The position numbers were made by a program, and so were the translations under genes. A stretch of 64,000 bases of DNA, taken from NCBI RefSeq assembly GCF_009914755.1, contig NC_060937.1; one strand, 5' to 3'. This stretch comes from the human T2T-CHM13v2.0 reference genome, Homo sapiens. A model generated the notes under the pieces. The model searched no databases. It was not told where the DNA came from and saw only the letters and a program-made list of their open reading frames with translations. This document shows, piece by piece, positions 55,131 to 64,000 of this stretch (position 1 is the first letter of the stretch; the number at the start of each line of letters is the position of its first letter).

Positions 55131-55504
55131 TGATATGGTTTGGCTGTGTCCCCATCCAAATCTCATCTCAAATTGTAGTTCCCATAATCCCCATGTGTTG
55201 TGGGAGGGACCAGGTGGAGATAATTGAATTGTGGGGGCAGTTTTCCCATCTTGTTTTCATAATAGCATAATAGTGAGTTAGTTCTCATGAGATCTGATAG
55301 CTTTATAAGGAGTTTTCTCCTTCACTGGGCACTTATTCTTCTTCTCACAGCTGCCATGTGAAGGACATGTTTGCTTCCACTTCCGCCATGATTGTAAGTT
55401 TCCTGAGGACTCCCAATCCATGCTGAATTGTGAGTCAATTAAAACTCTTTTTTAATAAATTACCCAGTCTCGGGTTTATTAGCAGCATGAGACAGACTAA
55501 TACA
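55131..55504 (+). mobile_element. THE1 (C/D) solo LTR
   Basis: TGATATGGTTTGGCTGTGTCCCCA ... ACAGACTAATACA; 5-bp TSD CGTGA/TGTGA. Confidence 0.94.
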
Positions 55505-56590
55505 TGTGAATACATTCATATTAATACATGTCTTTGGAGGTTCGGCTGTATTAGTTTATTTTATGTAAATAGAAAGAAATGAAATTCCTATAAGTGAGAT
55601 TATACGTATGTTTAACTTTATTAAGTATTTACTATCAAAGGGTTTTCCACAATGGTTGGTCCAAGCTTTATACCCATTGGCAAGGTATGAGAGTTCCATT
55701 TACTTTATGTTAACACCACTTCTTATTGTCTTCTTTAGTTTCTTCTTTTGTAGGTGTGTATTGGTTATTTGTGATTTTAATATTAAAATATCTTTGCCTA
55801 GCCTAAATCATAAAAACACTTTTCTGTAATATTTTCTCAGAGTTATTGTTTTACATTTGAAGCTTAGTTTCTTATTGATGTGAAATCGGTACTTGTGTAG
55901 TTGAGGAGATGAGGGTCAAGATTATTTGTTTTCCACATTGATACCCACTTGGTCCAGCATCTTTAATTTGAAATGTCACCCTTTATTCATTGTACTGCAT
56001 TATTGAATATTTTCATAAATTTTGCATTAAAATATTTTTTCTTGACTCTATTTTGCTACATTAGTCTATTTTTCTTCCCTGTGATATTACCCTATTATCG
56101 TAATTTCATTTGCATCATAATAATTCATGATATATGATAGACCAAATTCTCCAACTTCATTGCTCTCCTTCAAGATCTGTTTGCCTATTCTTGCCTATTT
56201 GCAATTACATAAATTTAAGAGTTATTTCATCAATTTTAGAAACACTGATTATATTTTGATTGGTTTTACATTAAATCCAATAAATTTGTGGGAATTTAAC
56301 ATATTTATAATATTGGGGACACTGACAAATAGATGTCTTGAAAGCTTTTGTTACATTAATACGTAGGTTGTTCATGTTTGTTAGATTAATTACTATGCAT
56401 TAAATGCATATTATTTTTAAGTGTTCTAATCATTTGTTGTTAGTATGTAGAAATAAAATTGCTATTTGTATATTGGTCATCTTTGAGTAAAATTCTCAAA
56501 TTCAGTTGTTTATTTTATAATTTATCTGTAGATTATTTTGAATTTTCTTCTTAAACAATCATATCATCATCACATAATATTATTTTCTTC

Positions 56591-56696
56591 CTCTCTAATC
56601 CTTGGGACATTTATTATTCTTTCCTTGATGCATCAGCAAGGTTCTCTCTAATCCTTGGGACATTTATTATTCTTTCCTTGATGCATCAGCAAGGTT
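56591..56696. repeat. Perfect 53-bp tandem duplication
   Basis: 56591-56643 is identical to 56644-56696, followed by CTC. Confidence 0.98.
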
Positions 56697-57534
56697 CTCC
56701 CAGGATAGTGATGAACAAAAGCATTAATAGTGGTCACTCCAGTCTTATTCCTAAAGTCAGGGGAAGTTTTCATTACTTCACTATTAAAACATGATGCTTT
56801 ACATATTTTTTTGTAGCTAACTCTTATCAAATCAAGAAAATTATTTTAACTTTTTGAAACATTGGTTCATAAGTCAAGTCAACCTAGTATTCTTCAAATA
56901 AATCTAAGCTATTGTGATATACCATCTTTTTCATGTATTTCAATACTACATCTGCTAATATTTTATTAGTTTTTTGCATCTTTGTTCATAGGAGAAGGTG
57001 GCCTGATTTTTGCCTTTATTGTAATGTCCTTGCCAAGCTTTATATAAAGAGTATGGATGTCTCATAAACAGGTTTATAGATTATTCTTTGTTTTTCTGTT
57101 TTCTGAAATAATTGTATAATAATTATAATATTCTTTCCTAAATATTTGGAACAATCTTCTGGTAAACCTATATGGAGTTCACTTTAAGGGAATGCTTGAA
57201 TTATTGACTACATCTCTTTAAGAAACATAGGACTTTTTGAATTTTATATTTCTTCTTGAGTCAGTTTTGCTGAGTGATTGGCAAGAAATTTTCTCATTTC
57301 CTTTAACTTTTCAATTTTTTCAGCAGAGTTGCATATATTTTATTTTGATTTTAATATCTTTATTTAGTCTCTTTTTTTATCCCCCTTACTGATATTGAGT
57401 TTTCTCTCCCTCTGTCTGTTTTAATGTTCTTTTCTAAGCATTTATACAATTTTATGAATATTTTAAAGGAACTAAATTTGTCTTGGTTAACTTAGTTTGC
57501 TGTGTTTATTTTCTTAATTTTTTATTATTAATCA

Positions 57535-60384
57535 TAATGGAAAAGGCCAGGTGGAAGTGACCAACGTTTAATAAAATAAAAGCAACATAATTTCCTGCAA
57601 GCTACGATGGAGATAAAAAATCATCCTTAAGTATTTATATAGAGATAGTGGACTCATCATATCTTGGTTTAATTTACCAACTTTGCCCCTGCAGAAATGG
57701 ATGGATGCTGGGTGACTACAGACTAACTCAAGCTCATCCAGTAGTAGCCCCAATCACAATGACTGTGACAGTGACAGATGTGTTAGGTGAGTGTTATATG
57801 TAGTAAGGTCGCAGATAAATGATATGCAACAATTGATTTTGAAAATGTGCTCTTTTTTATCCTAATTAGAGTCAGAATTTTTTTAATTAACATAAAAAGG
57901 ACAAATTATACACTTATAGTTTTGTTCCAGGCCTATGTACATTCTCCCACTTTCTTTTATAATATAGTTCAAAAAAATCTGGACTGTTCAGATGGTCTTA
58001 GCATATCATATTGAATCATTATATCAATACCATTATATCAGTTGGGCAGAATGAGAAAGCAGTGACTTAGAACTTGAAAAGATACATGCATTTCTAAAGG
58101 TTAAAAACATAAATCTAAATCTGGTGAAGATTCAGAAGCCTGCCACACTCATAAAATGTAGGGGTTCTAGTGGTCAGAGTGTGCCAAAACATCCCCTTAT
58201 AGTAATAGATAATGATTAAATCTTGCAGTTTCTAAACCAAAGAACAAATCACTGTCCCAGGTGTGCTTCTTTATGATGAGAGTCAGTCTGTTCTATGCAT
58301 GGGGACACTTACCTGCTCCATTTTTTGAATGACACAAAAATCTGCCAGCTTTGTTTGAATGGGACTCAGAGCAAGAAAGACTTTGTTCTGGGTCCAAAAT
58401 AAGGTGGAGGCAGCTTTGTCGTACAATCTCACTGACCCTATGATTTTAGAAGTATCAGTGGTGATAAAAGATGCTTGTGGCAAGATCTAGTGGGAAAAAT
58501 CCCATTGCAGGGGTTCTCGAGCAAGTCCATGTCATCTGTAAGCCATTGTCACTTTTTGAAAAACAATACCTCGTGCTATTGAACTCTGGAAGAGAAAGAC
58601 TCTCTAACCACAGGACACTGAGTAACCATGCAGCAAAAATCACCTGTCATGAACTGGATTCTGCAAAACTCACAAAGATCTAAGGCAGGGGAAGTCCACA
58701 TACAATCCATTGTATGATGGAGTGGTATATGCAGGATCAAGCACTAGCAGGGACAGGGAACATGAGCAAGCTGCATAAGCAGGCAGCCTAGACCACTGCA
58801 GCACTGGCACACTTCAAGCTGTTCATGGCTATGACCAGGAGAAAGAAGAGGAAAGTGCCCAATCTTGGTTTACAAATCTGTCACCTCAGTGTGTGAGTTC
58901 AGACCATAACAATGTATGGTCATTGCATTACGGTTCAACTAAAGAGTACAGTTTTAGACATTTGTGAGATAAAATCCTCAGAATCATCAGAAATTCAGGT
59001 AGTGGATCTGGTCATTAACTTGGTTTGGAAGAATAAATAGAAAAATAAGTGGCCTGAAATTATAATATATAGATTCATGAGCAGTGGGAAAATGGCTTGG
59101 CAGGCTGGTCAGGGATCCAAAAGTTTTAACGAAAAAAGGAGAGTCAGGATAGTCAAGGAGATGGAAACCTAAAGGAAAGGTTTATGGATAAACCCATGAA
59201 ATTGGACTAGAAATGTGATGATCTTTGCATTTCATATCAATGTCCATCAGAGATCATTTACTGTGGAAGAGGCATTAAACAGCCATGTACAGAAAATGAC
59301 CATGCCAGTTGGTATCAGCCTATGTTTATCTTTGTCCACCAGTGCTGGCATGATGGGCCCATAAATAGAGTGGAAATTCTGGCAGAATTGGAGCCTAAGT
59401 ACACGCACAAAAGCATAAACTTTAAGTGACCAAACCTGATCTAGCTGCTACATCACAAAATGTCAAACCTACCAGCAATAGAGAGTGTTTGATCCTCCAG
59501 CGTGAGCGCCCACATAATATCATGTTAGACTAGGCAATCAACTTCTTAAAGAAAGAATATGCAAGAGTTAACCCTGAATTCGGTGTCTATGCCCTGGTAA
59601 GATTCTACCTTCACATCACAAAAAGTTGCTGGCTTGATAAAATGTTGAGATAGCTTTGCTGAAAGCACAAATGAGGAGCCCAACTGAAGGCAATACTCTC
59701 TCAGGATGTGGTATCATCCTCCAGGATATTACATATATTGAGTCAAAAGTTATTGTATGGCCTTGTTGCCAATAAAAAGAATACATGGGTCAGGAACCAA
59801 GCAGTGGAAAGAGAAATGGTCATACTCAGCATCTCTCCCAGTGAGCCACTTTGGACTCTGCAATGTTGCAAGTCCAGGAGATATAAATGAATCATGAACT
59901 CCCACTGCCACTGAGTACTTCGGGCTCCTTGTGTTCATGGACCAGAAGCCAACAAGTGAATCACTTTCCTAGCAGTGGCAACTAACCGTGATCATCAGAA
60001 GGAGGGAAGGACCAAGAAGGAATATGTATGCAAAAAAGATGATCCACTTGGGTGCCTCTTGGTATCACCTTGCTCAATTGTGTTGATACCATATTCAGGA
60101 AAGGATATCCTGAACAGGATATGGTAACCAGGAGGAGGTAAGCCCTCTCCAAGATGTGTGTCTGGGTCACAGTTAAGCCAGTAAGGAAAAATTGAGACTG
60201 GATAGTGGAGTTGGGACATAATGAGTGTCAATTGAGGATCCCAGATCTACCTAAGGGGTAGGAACCGTGGTTCTTCTGCCTAAACTCACCTTTCTAAGTT
60301 TCTGCTCAGGAAAACAGGTCCTCGAGAGGAGCTGCTTCGTCACTGTATATGGAGAAGTGGATTCAGGCTGCACAAAAGTTGAAA
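57535..60384 (+). mobile_element. Degenerate ERVL internal region (pol remnants; HERV16/ERV3-16A3-like)
   Basis: GGAAAAGGCCAGGTGGAAG, GGCCTATGTACATTCTCC, RNase H-like LFEKQYL (cf. ERVL PFEKQLL) and ACCTGATCTAGCTGCT; many stops and frameshifts. Confidence 0.8.
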
Positions 60385-60798
60385 TGTGAAAGAAGAGGGA
60401 GTGCAGTACCAAGATCCCCTTGAAAGAAGGACGAGTGCCCAGACTTGGGAAGGGGATTGTTGGCAGTTATCTTCTAGCTAGCAGCTCCCTCGGTGTCTAC
60501 CTTTCCTTCAGAAAAGCAGCAAATCACCTCCTTGCCAAAGCAGCCCATTTTGGGGACTAAGCAATGCAATGGGTAGAGATCTAGCCATTTCGACTAGAGC
60601 CAGAAAACAAATAACAGTCTTTTCTTACTCCAGAACTTTCTACTGGGTTGACTCATGCTTTTTTTAGACTGCATTGTACTTTGACCATTTTCTCTGACAT
60701 ATCTTGCTTCCACCACCTTACTTTCACAGGCATCAAGTCTTATAAGTATCTTGCCCCCAAACTCTGAGTGTATGTCTCTAAAGAACACAAGCTGTAAT
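60385..60798 (+). mobile_element. LTR16-like 3' LTR of the ERVL element
   Basis: Follows the internal region; CCAAGATCCCCTT, CTCCAGAACT, AGACTGCATTG and CTTTCACAGG blocks as in LTR16. Confidence 0.7.
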
Positions 60799-61285
60799 GC
60801 TCTGAACCCGTGAGACTGACAAAATCTCCAAGCCCCTGCCTCTTCTTGACTTTCCTCTTTGCTCCTTATATATTAGCAAGTACACTGAAGAAAAAAAAAG
60901 CAGAAAATGTCAGCTTCACCACAACAAATTTTACCTCTTTCTAATATCTTGGTTCCTCAAATCTGACCACCTTAACTGCCTTCCAATACCTATTTTTGTA
61001 TTTTATCTAGCTTTATTGGCTATTTTTGGCAGGGAGCTTGAATTAGAATGTTGTTACCATGTTGTTTCAGTCAGTTCAGGCTGCCATAACAAAATTCCAT
61101 AAGTTGAGTGGCTTAAACAACAGAAATTTATTTTCTCAGAGTTCTGGAAGCTAGAAGTCCAAGATCAGGATGCCAGCATGTTTGATTCCGCTAAGGACTC
61201 TCTTCCTCTCTTATATAGACTGACACTTTCTTCCTTGGTTCTCCTCACTTAGTGGAGTAAGATAGCAAGCTCAAGCTCTCTCTGG

Positions 61286-61287
<2 letters not shown>

Positions 61288-61324
<37 letters not shown>

Positions 61325-61334
61325 TTTTTTTTTT
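61288..61334. repeat. (TC)n plus poly-T
   Basis: About 14 TC units followed by the T run of the Alu tail. Confidence 0.95.
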
Positions 61335-61643
61335 GAGACATGGTCTTGATTTGTCATCCAGGCTGAAGTGCAGGTGGCACAACCATGGCTCACTGCAGCC
61401 TCACCCTCCTCTTAGGCTCAATCAGTCCTTTCACTGCAGCCTCCCAAGTAGCTGAGGTTACAGATGTGTGCCACTATGCCTGGCTGAGTTTTTGTTTTGT
61501 GGTGTTTTGTTTGTTTTAGTTTTAATAGAAATGCTATCTCACTATATTGCCAGGGCTGGTCTCAAACTACTGGGCTCAAGCGATCCTTCTGCCTTAGTCT
61601 CCTTAAGTGCTGGGTTTACAGGCATGAGCCACCGCACCTGGCC
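61316..61643 (-). mobile_element. AluJ
   Basis: Antisense dimer with J-type CTGGGCTCAAGCGATCC and CACTGCAGCCTC. Confidence 0.93.
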
Positions 61644-62825
61644 TGATGTATCTTCTTGTAAGGACACTAATTCCATCATGAGGGTCCCACTCTCATGACC
61701 TCGTCTAAACCTAATCACCTCTCCAAAGCCCCATCACCAAGTACCATCACATAGGATTCACAATGGGGCTTCAACATAAGAATTTAGGGATGAATTCAAT
61801 TACAGCATGATTGCTACAATTCAATCCACAGCATATGCTATAAGTAGATAATTACAATTTTATTTTATTTTATAGTATCATAGGAAAATAACTTTAAAAA
61901 TTAAAGTAATGTTTAAAAGTTCCCCAAGCTTTCCCATTTTATCTCCTTTCCAAGAGGAAATCAGTATTTTAGTCATTTCACCTAAACTTTGGAGTTAATG
62001 TCAGGCTACTATAAATTATCATAAGCATTTACATGTAGATTCAATTTTGACATTGTGTGTTGACTCTCTGTGATGGTAAACAAGAACACTAGTTTACTTA
62101 TACATAAAATCCTTCATCCTACCAATGTAATTATCTCTCAAATTTTATTAAATTTATATTTCATATTTTAATTACTGTGTCTATGTGAATATCATTACGG
62201 CTGGGTCAAGTGATACACTATCCATTTCTTAAATTTCTCACACAAATTTTCCCAAAAAAATGTTTAATTGTAATTTAATTATATACCACCTCTCTTTTAT
62301 TAATTATAATTTCACATCTAAATAGTCTCCCTATACTTTTAAAAACTCACCTAAATTATCTCCATTTAAATTGATATATGGAGAAATCTGTTGTGATAAC
62401 TTATCATTTCCATTTATTTACTTTTTTTCCTGGAGGTGGCCCTCTGGAGCCTTCTGACTTCCTACTGTAGTCTTACCTATTTGCTCACTAGGTCCTTTGC
62501 ACTGCTCTCATCCTGGGCTTACTTTTCTGTCATCCTGAAAATTCTCTTCCCCTCTCTTTGGTGTGTGATCTCTTGTTTCATACTTTGATTTATATTTTTC
62601 TCACCACTTCTCCAGCCTTTGTCTGCTACCAAGTCACAAAGCCAATGTTACATATTCCAGGTTTTTGTTATGGTATTACCCTGCTAGGCATCAGTTCCTG
62701 AATCAATTAGCCTCTATCTAAAATCACCACAAATCACAATCACTTAGCTCATGTTCTGTGGGAGATTTGGAAGGATCAGGAGGTTTTTCTGTTCAGAGGT
62801 AGCTGGAGTAATACCTGCTGTGCTC

Positions 62826-62850
62826 GAGCGAGACTCCACCTGAAAAAAAA
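62826..62850 (+). mobile_element. Ultra-truncated Alu 3' end (17 nt plus A8)
   Basis: GAGCGAGACTCCACCTG plus A8 between perfect 16-bp TSD AATACCTGCTGTGCTC at 62810-62825 and 62851-62866. Confidence 0.88.
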
Positions 62851-62928
62851 AATACCTGCTGTGCTCATCTGTTTTTGGCTAGCCAACTGGTCAGCCTACA
62901 GATAGGTGGTATAAGATCACCTAATCAC

Positions 62929-63327
<399 letters not shown>

Positions 63328-63354
63328 TTACATTACGGTCCAATGCTTACAAAG

Positions 63355-63745
63355 TGATATAGTTTGGATCTGTGTCCCTCACCCAAATCTCATGTTGAAT
63401 TGTAAACCCCAATGTTGGAGGTAGGCCCTGGTGGGAGGTGATTGGATCATGGGGGCAGTTTGTCATGGTTTAACACAACCCCGCCTTGGCACTGTTGTGG
63501 TAATAGTGAGTTTTCATGAGATATGGTTGTTTAAAAGTGTGTAGCACCTCCCCCCTCTCTGTTCCTCCTGCTACAGCCACTTAAAGTGCTAGCTCCCACT
63601 TTGCTTTCCAACATGAGTAAAAGCTCCCTGAGGCCTCCCCAGAAGCAGATGCTGCTATGCTTCCTATACAGCCTGCAGAACCATGAGCCAATTAATCCTG
63701 TTTCCTTTATAAATTACCCAGTCTCAGGCGTTTCTTTATAGCAGT
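63355..63745 (+). mobile_element. MSTA-like solo LTR
   Basis: Homologous to 41159-41573 along its length. Confidence 0.9.
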
Positions 63746-64000
63746 GCGAGAAGGAATGCATGAACACACCACAAGAGCAAGCTCTAGTGCACATGAACGT
63801 TTGATGCTTGAGCTCTCTCTAGCTTGAGAGAAGCTAGAGCTTCTCTCATTTTTTTCCAAATCAAATGGGTCAAAATCAGTCTCAGAGTTATCACAGAATT
63901 AACGGGTCATGGGAATGGAAGGGAAGAACCTTGAGCCCTATTTGCAGTCTATCACTTTATCTTCCATAGCAGTACATTTTCCTATCTAATACGAAATTTA

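Larger units (their letters stand above)
54350..57530 (-). mobile_element. Old L1ME-like element interrupted by an Alu and a THE1 LTR
   Basis: T-rich antisense L1 motifs (GGTAACCACTATT.TGACTT, GAATATACCACA, GGTCCAGCA, TTTATCTGTAGATT, GGGAAGTTTTCA) in order. Confidence 0.8.
61063..61833 (-). mobile_element. MLT1A0-like LTR interrupted by AluJ
   Basis: GGCTGCCATAACAAAA.CCA..GTGGCTTAAACAACAGAAATTTATTTTCTCA..GAAGTCCAAGATCA; resumes TCTTCTT.TAAGGACACTAAT after the Alu. Confidence 0.9.

Noticed and set aside
58283-60231. Short ORFs in the ERVL region as a domesticated gene
   Set aside because: pol is broken by stops and frameshifts; no frame in the track exceeds 78 aa

Overview
AT-rich primate (very probably human) intergenic or deep-intronic DNA. 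I see no CpG island, credible protein-coding gene, RNA gene or CRISPR array. Roughly half of the window is recognisable transposable-element debris: about 11 Alu/FLAM copies, two young L1PA 3' ends (one with a twin-priming 5' inversion), older L1M, L2 and MIR pieces, a MER31 LTR with truncated internal region, a two-LTR MSTA element, THE1/MST/MLT1/LTR33/MER77-like LTRs, a degenerate ERVL pol with an LTR16-like LTR, and Tigger2 and Arthur1-like DNA transposons. The ORFs in the track are repeat-derived or chance. I found no new biological system. The notable signals are small mutational scars: a 25-bp ultra-truncated Alu with a perfect 16-bp TSD, a 20-bp apparently templated insertion matching sequence 3.5 kb away, two adjacent L1s forming interlocking inverted and direct repeats, 53-bp and 50-bp tandem duplications, fold-back palindromes, and one candidate 65-nt non-coding exon. 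Subfamily names come from recalled consensus sequences and need RepeatMasker/Dfam confirmation.
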